A stretch of 64,000 bases of DNA from the NCBI GenBank assembly GCA_977018835.1, contig OZ361259.1, positions 1,302,001 through 1,366,000 on the forward strand, in the 5' to 3' direction. This DNA is from Minutocellus sp. GHC0000111 (Eukaryota). The notes under the pieces were generated by a model that had not been told where the DNA came from, made no database searches, and saw only the letters and a program-made list of their open reading frames with translations. Both the position numbers and the translations under genes were made by a program. Positions 11,387-22,805 of the stretch are shown in pieces (the stretch's first letter is position 1; every line of letters begins with the position of its first letter).

Positions 11387-13570
11387 TTACAATCGAAGCA
11401 CCCATACTTGCGTAAGGTCATCGGCGGTTACACCAAATGCCGAACGGAATATGTCATACAGGAAAAATTGTCCCGCGATGATGCTGCCGGCCCATAAACA
11501 TCGGCTGCCCAAACCTCGAAAGAGGGACGGTATGCCCCCCTCGGCAACCATGACACGACTCCCCTCCAAGACGCCCATTTGCTTGCCACCCTCACCACTT
11601 TGCTTGGCAACATATGTCAATACCGAGTCGGCTGGTTGAGAGATGACGGATGATAAGGAACCAGCCAATCCGCCGGCTACAAGTGAGACGGCAAGGGCTG
11701 TACCTCCTCCATCGCGCAGGAATGGCCACACCGAATAGATGGCGTCGCATGCACGTTCATACGAAAGGAACTTAACCGATCCAAATATCACTTGTCGCGC
11801 CATGAGGGAGGGCAGTCCAGCGTATAGCGTTGCGAGCCCAACACGTTTCAACAAGCTTCCATCGTCTTCCAATCGCGCATCCTCGGCCGCTATTGTTGCA
11901 AGTGTGCCCGCCAAGCCCTTGGGCCCATAAATGTCGGGCTCAGCCACCGTTCGTATCCGAGCAGCCTCCAACGGCGTCAGGCCCAAGCTTGCCAACACCG
12001 CACTGAGTGCTCCTGCAACCAAAGCCACGAGAGATGCATTTGCAACAGCCACGTCAGGACTGAGCAACCACGTTGATATTGCGTATTTGAAGAAACTATA
12101 AGAAGGATAGACGCTGATGCCATACCAAAAGTAACCAGCAATCGTAGCTTGCAGTCCGAGCATTAGAGCGGATAGGCCCTCTTCCTTGACGATTGTTGTG
12201 GCACCGCCCAATATTCCATCATACTGATCTGGGTTAGTCTGAAGTCTAGTTTTCACGACATCAAGCGGAACTACAACCGTATGAGTCAGGGCACAACCAG
12301 TACCACCTGACAAGCCGTACAAAAAGTAAGTTTGCAAATCTGCAGCGTTGTCCCGCGATAGAGGAACAGAATCCAATGGACCAAATGGTGTCACGAAATT
12401 GCCCTTGCCGACACTGTTGGCAAAAAGACTAATCGGCGGGGATATTGTGAAAGCAGCAGCCGGTACATTGGAAGATGGGCTTGTGCTGGTCACAAATGGA
12501 ATGGCATTGTAAATGGACGGCAGGAGGGCACCGTACTCGGCCGTCATCGAGTCTGGAACACCCAGCACAGCTGGTTTGCGATTCATGTTCCGCGGCAACA
12601 CCACTGGCTTGTCATCTCTTGCTCCCGCAACCTGTACCAACTGCTCCATTACCGACAGCGGTTGATATTGCGGCGGGAGCATGCTGAACGCCAACGCGAG
12701 CTGCCGACTGATCTCTTTGCCCTCAGCGGTATCAGTAACATCACTGGTATATCGCAATGCAAATGTGTTGGCAATCTGAGAATACTTTTCGGCCACCGAA
12801 ATGCTCACACCACTGCTCTTGCTGCGGACCATGGTCCGAGCGGCTCCTGCCCCGCCGGTCCCGTCCTTCTTGGCTCCAGGTAATGTTGGATCGACATCAA
12901 AGGTGTCGCTGGTGCCCTGCAAATATGCTTCCAAACCAATCGCCACACTGCGAGCGAATTTACCAAAGTTGGCATCCAGCTTGCCCTGTCGTTCTTCTTC
13001 CGATAAGAGCGAATACTTGGACTTGATCATCGACCACCATTGACTTGCACCGGTGTCGTATTTGAGTAGGAAACGGGCGGTGTAGACGGCAAATATCGGT
13101 GGTACGAACCGTGCCTTTCCTCCGTCAATGGATAATTGCGACATTGGATTTCCACTGGTTTCGGCCTTCATCGACCAGGAACTTTGTCCGACGTCCATGG
13201 CTTCCAGCGGTTCCAAAACATCCTGGGCCAGAGCTGGAGATACCGATGCTGAAGATAGCAAATATGCTGATGCCGCGCCGATCGTTAACTGCAGAGCTTG
13301 TCGCCTGCCGATGTTGACGTCATCGGTGCCTCTTGTGTCTGTTATTTGCACTCTATCATAATTATTTCCCCCTTCTCGGCTATCATTTTCTTTCGCATAA
13401 TTCAACACCGTTGTTTGCTCGGTGCTGCTTTTCGGCACCAGCCGATGTGCTGCTGCCGAAGATACAGTTTGACGAGGAGCAAATGCATTGATTCGCCCGA
13501 CCAGTGATATACACACTATCGCACGCAGTGCATTTCTACGCCGTCCAGCACGCCTGGTGTCCATCTTCAT
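11387..13570 (-). CDS. Mitochondrial-carrier-family phosphate transporter with long N-terminal extension and plastid-type presequence
   Basis: Three carrier repeats: GCALTHTVVVPLDVVKTRLQ, TPLEAARIR and SQPADSVLT (PiC-like). Signal peptide ends at INA-FAP. Confidence 0.85.
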   Translation of the reverse strand: MKMDTRRAGRRRNALRAIVCISLVGRINAFAPRQTVSSAAAHRLVPKSSTEQTTVLNYAKENDSREGGNNYDRVQITDTRGTDDVNIGRRQALQLTIGAASAYLLSSASVSPALAQDVLEPLEAMDVGQSSWSMKAETSGNPMSQLSIDGGKARFVPPIFAVYTARFLLKYDTGASQWWSMIKSKYSLLSEEERQGKLDANFGKFARSVAIGLEAYLQGTSDTFDVDPTLPGAKKDGTGGAGAARTMVRSKSSGVSISVAEKYSQIANTFALRYTSDVTDTAEGKEISRQLALAFSMLPPQYQPLSVMEQLVQVAGARDDKPVVLPRNMNRKPAVLGVPDSMTAEYGALLPSIYNAIPFVTSTSPSSNVPAAAFTISPPISLFANSVGKGNFVTPFGPLDSVPLSRDNAADLQTYFLYGLSGGTGCALTHTVVVPLDVVKTRLQTNPDQYDGILGGATTIVKEEGLSALMLGLQATIAGYFWYGISVYPSYSFFKYAISTWLLSPDVAVANASLVALVAGALSAVLASLGLTPLEAARIRTVAEPDIYGPKGLAGTLATIAAEDARLEDDGSLLKRVGLATLYAGLPSLMARQVIFGSVKFLSYERACDAIYSVWPFLRDGGGTALAVSLVAGGLAGSLSSVISQPADSVLTYVAKQSGEGGKQMGVLEGSRVMVAEGGIPSLFRGLGSRCLWAGSIIAGQFFLYDIFRSAFGVTADDLTQVWVLRL

Positions 13571-13910
13571 CGCTTTGTCGGCCAATTCCGCGTATCTTCT
13601 ACTTTCGGCACATCTTGTGTCATGTTTCCAGAGACCCAGATTTTGGTTCAACTCCTTGTGCCTACAAATACTTCTAGTGGCTCAGGGATAAATTTGCCAA
13701 CGAACGGGTTCGATGAGGTTCGAAGGAGACGATGACGAATACGATAACGGCACAACCATGAACATTGGCAATCCACGAACGGCCGGGTTGATTCACGCGA
13801 GCAAGACAAGAGAAACGCTTCTTTTGCCCTCACTAAATACCGTGCATTCAGCCAAGCAATACCAACTATCAATCCAATCTCTTTTTCGACTTACTTGAAC
13901 TTCGCCCAAG

Positions 13911-15192
13911 ATGAGCCCTCGACTCCCCTTCTCCATCATCATCAGCTTTCTCACGACTGTACCTCTAACCGCCAACGGAGCCACTACCCTCCTACTGCCC
14001 AACGGCAGCGAGTGCTCGGAGAGCAGGCAGTGCCAGAGTGGATGCTGCGTTTGGAATCCCTTCGCGAACGAAGTTTGTGACAAGGACAGCTGGTTCCGAC
14101 GGTGCATGGACGATGATTACACATTCCAAGACGTCGAGACGGGATCGGCAGACAGTATGCGGATCAGCGGTGGTAGAAGAAGCATCAGATGCAAGCAATA
14201 CTACCATGGCAACGACAGAGCAAGACACTGCATCTATCAAAGTCATGACGTACAATTTATATCTGATTTTGTTGGCATCCGACGGCATATCATCACTGGA
14301 CGGCCGCGCAAAACGCAGAACCGATTGGTTCGCAACACCCGAAGCCAACCAGTACGACATAATAGCCCTTCAGGAAACCTGGACGAATCCCATCGAAGTT
14401 CGAGATGGAATGGTAGCTGCCGGATACTGCCACTATGTCTACGACGATCGAGGATCGACCGGCAGTGGACTGGCGTTGTATTCCAAGCATCCCATCGTGT
14501 ACCACGACTTTCGCGGATTTCAGAATGCCTGTGGCGGTGTCGACTGCGTGGCCGATAAGGGCGTACTGTACACCAAGATTGTCATTCCCAAGGGTGATGA
14601 TGGTGATACAGTGGTCGAAGGAGATGATAAGATCGTGCACGTGTTCAACACCCACACCATGTTCTCGGTGGACAATCACGACGTCCGTCGGAGACAGTAC
14701 GATGTGATGAGAACCTTCATCAACGAACAGACTATCGACCCATCCGAGCTGGTGCTACTGGTTGGCGACTTCAACGAGGACAAGATCAATACCCCTCTGA
14801 AGTATGGCGCTATGTTGAAGTTGCTGAATGCGGGCGAGTTTGCCTTGGACGACGGCAGTGGCTTGTATTCGTATGACCCGAACAACAATAGCCTCATCGA
14901 CCCGGATTCTGCTGGTGCAGGCAGTACGCAGCGAGCTTTGGACTACATTTTGTATGATAAGAATGCTTTGGAGCCAGGAACAGATTCAGTATGCCAATAC
15001 ATTCAGCCAATGGACGGAAGCGGCGATTTGAGTGATCATTATCCTATGAGCTGCGAGGTGATGGAAGCTGTCACAAGCATTGTTCCTCTGTCGGCGACGG
15101 CGGCAACAAGTGATGGAAAGAAGAAGGGCATTTCCGCAGTATTTGTCATGTTGCTCGGTCTTCATCTGCAATCTTGCTTAGGAATCTTTTAG
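13911..15192 (+). CDS. Secreted sphingomyelinase C-like EEP phosphodiesterase with N-terminal Cys-rich module; frameshift ~14155
   Basis: Signal peptide plus C..S..CQSGCC module in 13911-14150. Catalytic motifs MTYN, DIIALQE, GSGLALYSKHPI, KGVLY, FNTH, GDFN, LDYI and SDHYP in the second frame. Hydrophobic C-terminal tail. Confidence 0.85.
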
Positions 15193-15272
15193 GGGAATAA
15201 TTTGTGTCTATTTATTTAGAAAGAACTATTTTTGTTTGATGCAGCTACTCGAAGCCTTCTATAATTTCAACA

Positions 15273-18200
15273 TCAGATGCAATCGCCGCCGTCCCACCCG
15301 CATTCGGCTGTGTCATACTTTCCGCCATCGCACTCTCCGTCGCCTATCCAGTACGCCTCATCAACGTGGCAATCAGGATAAAGTTGATTAAATCCTATAC
15401 AATCTCCACCGTCCCACTCACACTCCTTCACATTATAGCTCCCTCCGTCGCACTGTCCATCTCCAATATAATCATAGTTTTCGACTTGACAGAGAGCAAA
15501 GTCAATTTGGTTGGAAAGCAAACAATCGCCAGCATCCCAGCCACATTCAGCGGTATTGTATGGGGCCGGATTGCACCGGCCATCGCCCAAATATGTTGTA
15601 TCTTCCAAGAGACAATCAGGGTAATGTTCATTGAAGTGCTTGCAGTCACCCCCGTCCCAGCCACAATTTTCGGTATTGTATCGCCCATGATCGCATGTTC
15701 CATCTCCAATCCACTCAGGATCATTTTCGACACAACCCGGGAATGTCTTATTGAACAAAGCGCATGTTTTATTCCCTATTCTACAATCAGGGTAAAGACC
15801 ATTAAAGTGATCACAGTCTCCTCCGTCCCAACCACACACCTCAGTATTGTAACTTCCTCCGTCGCAAAAGTCGTCTCTGAAGAATTCTGGATGTTCAACG
15901 TGGCAATCGGGGAACCCTTTGACGCCTTTGTTCACAAGACAGTCGCCACCATCCCATCCACACTCGGCAGTATTATATTCACCAAAATCACATTGGCCGT
16001 CCCCAATATAGTCTGGGTTGTCTACATGACAATCTGGATATGCATCTAAACGACAATCACCTCCGTCCCACTGACACTCTGCAGTATTATACATTTCCCC
16101 TTGTTCGTATTTTGAGTCACATATTCCATCTCCCACTCTCTCAGGAAGTGATAGAAGACAACCAGGATACGTGGTGTTGAATGAGGTACAAGATAGATCG
16201 CCAAGGCGACAATCGGGGAAATTTTCCATTGAATATTTTGCAATCTCCCCCATCCCATCGACATTCTTCAGTGTTGTATGCGCCGCCGTCACATTGTCCG
16301 TCACCAACGTAGTCCGCATGTTCCACGTGACAATCAGTATAGTATGTTTTCTCTTCACAGTCGCCTCCATCCCATCCACATTGTGCGGTATTATAATTAC
16401 TGTAGTCATCGCAAGACCCATCGCCAATATATCCTGGATAGTCGACGCTGCAATCTGGATAGAGACTATTAAAGTCGACGCAGTCTCCTCCATCCCATCC
16501 ACAATCGGCACTGTTTGAAACCCCGCCGTCGCAGTAGCCATCCCCAACCTCAGAAGGATCTACACCTCCTTTACAATCAGGATATGCTTCCCATAAGAGT
16601 TCATTCACAAAACTACAATCACCACCGTCCCAATCGCATTCAAGTGTGTTGTATGCTCCACCATTGTACTGGCCGTCACCAATGTTACCTATGTAATCTA
16701 CGCGGCAGCCTGGATACATATCATTGAATTCCAAGCAATCGCCACCATCCCATCCACAATCGGCATTGTTAGCATCCATGTCGCACTGTCTGTCTCCAAT
16801 CCAAGAGGCATACAAAATCTGGCAGTTCGGGTACTGCAAATTAAAGTCAAGACAGTCACCACCATCCCAACCGCACTCAAATGTGTTATATTGCCCACCA
16901 TTGCAATCATCGTTTCCGATGAAATCAGGAAGATCCACATGGCACAGGGGATAACCCAATACAGGGCAATCTCCTCCATCCCAACCACACTCGGCACTAT
17001 TATATCTGGCAGTATAACCAACGCCGGGAAGAAGGCCGCCGTCACATTTGTCATCGCCAATGTTGGAAGGGTACTCAACGCGGCAAAAGGGATAGCGCCG
17101 ATTGAATTCGACGCAGTCCCCTCCGTCCCACTTGCATTCGGGAGTGTTGTACTCCCCACCATTACAAACCCCATCACCAACTTGAAACGGGCGTGCTGCG
17201 CGGCACAATATCCCAATTTTCTCATTGAATTCAATGCAATCACCGCCATCCCAACCACACTTTTCGGTATTATAGTCTCCCCCATTACATTCTCCATTTC
17301 CAAAATAATATGGGTCAACATGGCATTTAGGGTAGCCATCAACGATGCAGTCACCGCCATCCCAACCGCACTTTTCGGTATTGTAGTCACCCTCATTGCA
17401 TTCTCCATTTCCAAAATAATATGGGTCAACGTGACAGTCAGGGTAGTCATCAATAATGCAGTCACCGCCATCCCAACCACACTCTGCGGTATTAGAGTCA
17501 TTATAGTCGTCACATTCACCATCACCAATCTCGTCCGTGTTCATGGCGCGGCAATCAGGATACTGCTGGTTAAAATCAAGGCAGTCACCACCATCCCAAT
17601 TGCATTCGGCAGTATTATAATTTCCTCCATCACAGTCACCATTGCCAACATGGTCCGCCATGTCATTTCTTCTTACTATTTCAATACACTCGGTGCAGTC
17701 CCCTGCATCATAGCCGCACTCTTTTTTAAACCAAGGGAGACCATCACAGTATCCATTTCCAAGCTTTGCCGACTGCTCTGGCGTGAGAGCACAATCTGGA
17801 TACTCATTTATGGTTAGACAGTCACTCATATCCCACTGGCACTTCTCGGTGTTATACTCGTCTCCATCACATTGACCGTTGCCAAGCTTGGTTGGGTCCT
17901 CGACAATGCACTCACCCAGAGCATCCTCCTTACGCTTCTGTGCGCCAAGGATGCCGCCGATGATGGCCCCGGTCAAGACAAGAATAAGGACGAAAAGGCC
18001 AATACGCACTTTGCGGCTTCGGTAGTTTACCACAACATCTTCAAGCTTAGATGCCTCGACAGGTTTCCCTTCATCGGCAAGCTCGGCAGCAATAGGAAGA
18101 TCTTCTACATCCATGACGATCGAGGGGACGGAGGGAGCAGCGTCTTCATTATTTTGCTGACCGATGCCAGCAACCGAGAATGCACCTGGACGGCTAGACT

Positions 18201-18669
18201 CTGCCTCAGGGGAGTTAGAGACGTCAAGATGGAATCCTCGTTGAGCGAGCTGCAAACTACGATCATTTCTTCCATCCACGTTAGGTAGATCTGCCATCTT
18301 TTTGTCGATGTTAGCACTGACTGGGACTTGGTTCGATGAGTCGAATCTGCTCTTTTCCTTCATGTCATTTTCGAGCTCGTTGTCGATACCGGTAGATACG
18401 AGCCGAGGTGGCGTGGCGTCAGTCACATCATCCGTAGATACAACCTCAAGAACTTCCTTGCCACCACTGCTACTTGAAGTTGCAGGTGAGATCGCTGCCG
18501 GAGAGGGAGACGACTGCCCTTTGCTGACCGAAATGCTGCTGTCCCGGGCAATCTTCTCGCGAAGACGGCCCGATGGACTCCTGGCCGGTGGCGGAGGAGA
18601 CGGCGGGGAGCCCTCGGGTACTTCCTCGACGAGCGCACCAAGTTTAATATCATACTCGTGGAAAGACAT
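15273..18669 (-). CDS. Type II membrane protein with ~21 LNR (Lin-12/Notch) repeats; frameshift in G-run 16215-16218
   Basis: TM segment IGLFVLILVLTGAIIGGILG, then repeated GDG.CD...YNT.EC.WDGGDC (14 plus 7 units counted across the two frames). Confidence 0.9.
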
Positions 18670-19166
18670 TGCTGCTGGGATTTCTAGTTTCTGATGGGAA
18701 TGAATATCGGTTCGGTGCCTTGAAACTTCTCACTTTTGAGTTATTTGATTTGCTATGCTGTCGACAAAAATTGAAGGGAATGCAGTGTTGAGATACACAC
18801 ATAGGTCCTTCACGCATCAATGGACGACACACGTAAGTGCCCACCAACGCAAGCAAGGAATACGCCGTCTCAATTCATGAACTCACCTTTGTAATATCAG
18901 TGTTCTTTTTTTTTATGACAAGGATGAAATCATCCTCGGCACATGCTTCGCATTGCAAGTCGAGGGAAAGAGCCGAAAGGTCAAGCCCTCCTTAGAGTGC
19001 CTTTCGGGTTGCTGCTGACCCCCATTTCAGGGCATGGAGCTCACATGGCCAAGTAATCAAATCATTTTATTGGAAAGTTGAGCACCGTATCGTCCATCAT
19101 GTTCTCGAAAAGGAGCGTATCTTCACGAAACCCGTTCCAACACATGATGTGCTCGAACTTTATGCT

Positions 19167-19255
19167 GACGTCTGGCCTGCGTCCGACGCTTTCAGCCAAT
19201 CAACTTTTTGCTTTTTTTGGGACGTCTGGCCTGCGTCCGACGCTTTCAGCCAATC
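19167..19255 (+). repeat. 35 bp exact direct repeat just upstream of ATG 19259
   Basis: gacgtctggcctgcgtccgacgctttcagccaatc at 19167 and 19221. Confidence 0.9.
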
Positions 19256-19258
19256 CGC

Positions 19259-20575
19259 ATGGCCGCCAATTTGAGCACTTCAAATTCTGCCGGCGCCTGC
19301 ACCTCTGCCATGGCAACCCCCAATAACGCCTGGGGCGACCCCAATAGGGCCGTTGATACGTCTGAGGAAGCCTTCGAGTTTGTCCCTCCGGTCCCTCCAT
19401 CTGCAAATGCCGCCGGGCGAGGCGGAGGTCGTGGTGCTGGAAGAGGCGGCGGCAGGGGCCGAGGAGGACGGGGTGGCCAAGGTCGTGGCCGAGGCAAAGG
19501 AGGTGAGGGCAGAGGTGCTGCAGATTCAGCTCCGATATGTACCTTCTTTCTACAAAACCGATGCGCTCGCGGCGAGTCATGTCGCTTCCGACACGAGATG
19601 CCGTCAGCTGATAACAGCGCGGCAGCATCGTCTCAGCAGCCAACCGCCGGCGTTCCTGCACCCACAAAACGTGTCTTCGATCCCTACAAGGCCGAGGCCA
19701 TCTCCCGCGCCAAGTTGGCCCAGGACGCCGAAGCACGACCGTGGTCGACCATCGACGGTCCCTTCTATTCCATCGACGTCGAATGCGTTGCCACGGGATA
19801 CGGCCATGGCACCGCCCAGCGCATACCCGGACGAATTGCCATGGTCGATGGCAACGGCGACATGGTGCTGGATGAGTTGGTGCGACACGATGCCGAAACG
19901 GCCCAGCGGATTGTCAGCTACATCACTCCGCTGACGGGATTGACACGAGAGGCGTGCGAGGCGGAGAGCAGCAAGACGATCGAGGAGATATCGGAACTGA
20001 TCCGAACGACGCTGCCCAAGGATGCCGTGCTGGTCGGACAGTCGATCGATCACGACATTGAATGGCTGGGATTGCAAAAGGGTGTGGATTATCGCGACTT
20101 TGTGGACCTGGCGGATGTATTTGCCAATCGCATACCCAAGATTTTGCTCACGGCGTCCAACGCAGTTAAGAGGATGAAGGAGGGAGGAGGCGAGGATGCC
20201 GAACGGCGAACAGATTTGAAGGGCGATCCAGAGGACAGGTCCAGCGATGCGTGGGTGGGTTTTCCTACGAGATACCGCATCTTTGGTTTGAGACATTGTT
20301 GCGTCCATTTGTTGTCGGTAGACATGCAGCAAAATCACCATGATCCCGTCGATGATGCCCGATATTCCATATTGTTGTTCAACAAGTATCAGAAAGCACC
20401 CGGCCCGATGCTGCGGGCCGTGAGGGATTCTTTGCACAGGGCGCCGATAACGGCTGGCTTTGCGGCAGAGAATCCCGTGGTGGATGGCGTGTGCATGTCA
20501 CGAGCAGGATACATTCACAAGCATGCGGCGAGATTCATATGGAGGTGGTGGTTGAGTGTGAAAGGTCGAAGATAG
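19259..20575 (+). CDS. RGG + CCCH zinc finger + DEDDh 3'-5' RNA exonuclease (REX4-like)
   Basis: GRGGGRG tract; CTFFLQNRCARGESCRFRH; SIDVECV (ExoI), LVGQSIDHD (ExoII), HDPVDDARYS (ExoIII). Confidence 0.85.
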   Translation: MAANLSTSNSAGACTSAMATPNNAWGDPNRAVDTSEEAFEFVPPVPPSANAAGRGGGRGAGRGGGRGRGGRGGQGRGRGKGGEGRGAADSAPICTFFLQNRCARGESCRFRHEMPSADNSAAASSQQPTAGVPAPTKRVFDPYKAEAISRAKLAQDAEARPWSTIDGPFYSIDVECVATGYGHGTAQRIPGRIAMVDGNGDMVLDELVRHDAETAQRIVSYITPLTGLTREACEAESSKTIEEISELIRTTLPKDAVLVGQSIDHDIEWLGLQKGVDYRDFVDLADVFANRIPKILLTASNAVKRMKEGGGEDAERRTDLKGDPEDRSSDAWVGFPTRYRIFGLRHCCVHLLSVDMQQNHHDPVDDARYSILLFNKYQKAPGPMLRAVRDSLHRAPITAGFAAENPVVDGVCMSRAGYIHKHAARFIWRWWLSVKGRR

Positions 20576-20699
20576 ACCTTTTTTGTACCTATTTCTTCGA
20601 TTACAAGTAAGGAGTTGTCTCAATATTAATTGCTAGCTAGTATTATGTGTTATCCTTTGTGCCGCTTTAAGCCAATGGTCTTTTATTAGATGCATTCCT

Positions 20700-21623
20700 T
20701 TAGTATGGTGTACCGAATAGCTTTATCTTCATTTCCTCCAGAAGGAAAGCACTTCCCCCCTCCTTGCTCCATTCCTCTTTCAATGCTTCCTTAAAACTCA
20801 TCTCTATCTCATCAAGAGTGATACGGCTCACATGGCCCTGGTCGCACTTCATGCGCAAATACGTCAAGCTCGTTCGCTCTCCATGTTTCGCTGCAAATGA
20901 CCAGTGCTTGATCGCCTGCTCCGTATTTTTGCAATGCAAATCGTTGTAATCGCCCAGCAGCCGCTGTCCGACAAGATCACCCCTCTTGGCCGCGGCCGAT
21001 GCGAAAAGCATGGCCAGATCGACACTCTGCATCGCCCCACCGGCACCGGCCCAGCACCTTCCCGCCAAGTCACAGTACGCCTCGACACGTCCCTGCTCGG
21101 CGGCACGGAGGAGGAGCTGCATGGACATGCCGTCATCCCGAGGCACGCCATCTCCTCTTTCGTACTTTCCAGAGAGCGTGTGCATCGCGAGCAAGTGCTT
21201 GTGTTCTTCGACGAGCCGCTCCAGCCTCTTGCAAATGATCTCGGCGGGTTCCGAAAGGACCTCGCGGCAGAAGGCGCACACCGTCCGACCGCCGTGTTCC
21301 TCCTTGGTCTCGCACATGTGCTGCTTTTGGTTGCAGCACGCTATGCACAGAGTCTGGCCGCAGCACTGCATGAAGGATGATTCGAGCTCGTAGTTGAGCT
21401 GCATCGGGTGGAAGCACAGCGGGCAGTCGTCCCGTTCGGACACCGGCGGTGGGGGCGTGTACACGTCGACGTCCTGGAGGTCCTCTTGCAGTTTTTTGGC
21501 GAGGGCGCGGATTCGACCCTCATTGTCACGTGCGATCGCTGCCTTTTCTCTCTGGGCTTTCAAGGCGCTTCGGCTCGGCGTGAAGTCGTCGCCGGTTCGG
21601 ACTCGCCTGCTTTTCTTCCCCAT
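20700..21623 (-). CDS. RING-type zinc finger + Sel1-like repeat protein
   Basis: CPLC..CCGQTLCIAC..CAFCR; Sel1-like AMHTLSGKYERGDGVPRD..LLRAAEQG and AIKHWSFAAKHG. Confidence 0.85.
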   Translation of the reverse strand: MGKKSRRVRTGDDFTPSRSALKAQREKAAIARDNEGRIRALAKKLQEDLQDVDVYTPPPPVSERDDCPLCFHPMQLNYELESSFMQCCGQTLCIACCNQKQHMCETKEEHGGRTVCAFCREVLSEPAEIICKRLERLVEEHKHLLAMHTLSGKYERGDGVPRDDGMSMQLLLRAAEQGRVEAYCDLAGRCWAGAGGAMQSVDLAMLFASAAAKRGDLVGQRLLGDYNDLHCKNTEQAIKHWSFAAKHGERTSLTYLRMKCDQGHVSRITLDEIEMSFKEALKEEWSKEGGSAFLLEEMKIKLFGTPY

Positions 21624-21953
21624 GAATATTTGCCGGATTGATAGCCTCTGTTCACAGACAGTCCGTCCTTGTGCTGACTTCGCAGTATCCAGTGGCGTGA
21701 GATGTGAGGCAGATGTGCTGATGTTGCAAGAGTACCTAGCTAGAGGCCTACTAAGCCTACGTAGTAGGCTCTAGGTAGGCCTAGCTACCGTAGGTATGTG
21801 ATTGTAGCCGCAGGATTTTCAGACGGACGAAGGAAAGACCGATGTACGAAACTAAACTTCAACTTCGCTCATTTTTTCTGCAACGCACAGTCAGCCGCCA
21901 AGGAACAAGAAAGCAAGGCTATCACAACGACGGAGAAAACCAACCCCTTTAAA

Positions 21954-22805
21954 ATGGCATCTTCCATCACAGCTTCAGCCTTTGCTCTGCTCTTGGCCTC
22001 ATGTCAGCCATCACATGGATTTGTGCCGATTTGTGCCTCGTGATGTGGGAGTTTCGCCGGTAGATATCACCCGTGATGCCTTCTTCAACACTACTTTTCG
22101 GCACATCCAATGCCAAAACAGATGCACTCGTTGAAGGCAGCATTTGGGATTCCTGGTCGGAATCCGTCGGCATCTCGGCACCCAAGTTGTCCATCCGCCC
22201 AGCAACGGCCGAGGAACGAGGCAAGGGTGGCGTTTTTGCTTCCGAGAACATTGCGGCATTGGAAGTTATTACGCGCATTCCATCGAATCTGGTAATTTCG
22301 GCCAAGGATGCACCGACGCGGGCCATCGAGGCAGCGGCCAACGCAAATGAAATCACTTGGGCCACAGAATTGACAGCAGCGGGCATTGTTGCTCTTCATC
22401 CCGAAGCTGATGACAACGCCGACGAAGGCATTGCAGCGGCCAAGCAATCGTGGGTCAGCTCCTGGCAGGCGGGTGGATGGGCCACCGATGCGTCCGACCT
22501 GGGCACGCCCGATGCGCAGTTCGGTCCCAAGTTTGTCACGGGCAACCTACTGGCCACCGGAAGTGATTTGGACAAGGAGATATATGCCAAATTTAGGATG
22601 CCGTGTCACCCTGTCGTTCATCGCGCAAGCATTGGTCTAACTTTCCTCACCAAGGCCGAGGAGGACGATTGCCGCGAGGCCCTCATGCTTCGTGGCAAGA
22701 CGTACCGATCGATGCGAGATGCGTTGTTGCCGCTTGTTGCCAAACCATCGGACGAACGCAAGGGCTCGATGCGGGAACGACGTGCGTGGGATGTGGCCGA
22801 TAAGT
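21954..22805 (+). pseudogene. Plastid-targeted SET-domain (Rubisco LSMT-like) protein; frameshifted near 22020-22075 and 3'-truncated
   Basis: Signal peptide MASSITASAFALLLASCQPSHG-FVP; W....GISAPKL...RGKGGVFASENI...EVITRIPSNLVIS. No NH/Y C-terminal SET motifs appear before it runs into the P4H gene. Confidence 0.65.

Noticed and set aside
10402..15192. Lipid-metabolism gene cluster (PLA2-like, carrier, sphingomyelinase)
   Set aside because: The predicted compartments differ and no shared pathway is evident; chance adjacency is sufficient.
15273..17900. CRISPR-like regularly spaced repeats
   Set aside because: The recurring ccgccatccca words are the antisense of WDGGDC codons in LNR repeats; no cas genes are present.
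18960..19050. SRP RNA, U1 snRNA or RNase MRP RNA
   Set aside because: Only isolated words match (CTAAGGAGGG on the minus strand, TGCTGACCCC, ATGGAGCTCAC). SRP helix 8, the U1 5' end and the MRP P4 partner are missing.
4490..22805. One inversion explaining both chimeric junctions
   Set aside because: Re-inverting would join SET to C2 and P4H to the Pro-rich gene; neither restores the missing catalytic motifs.
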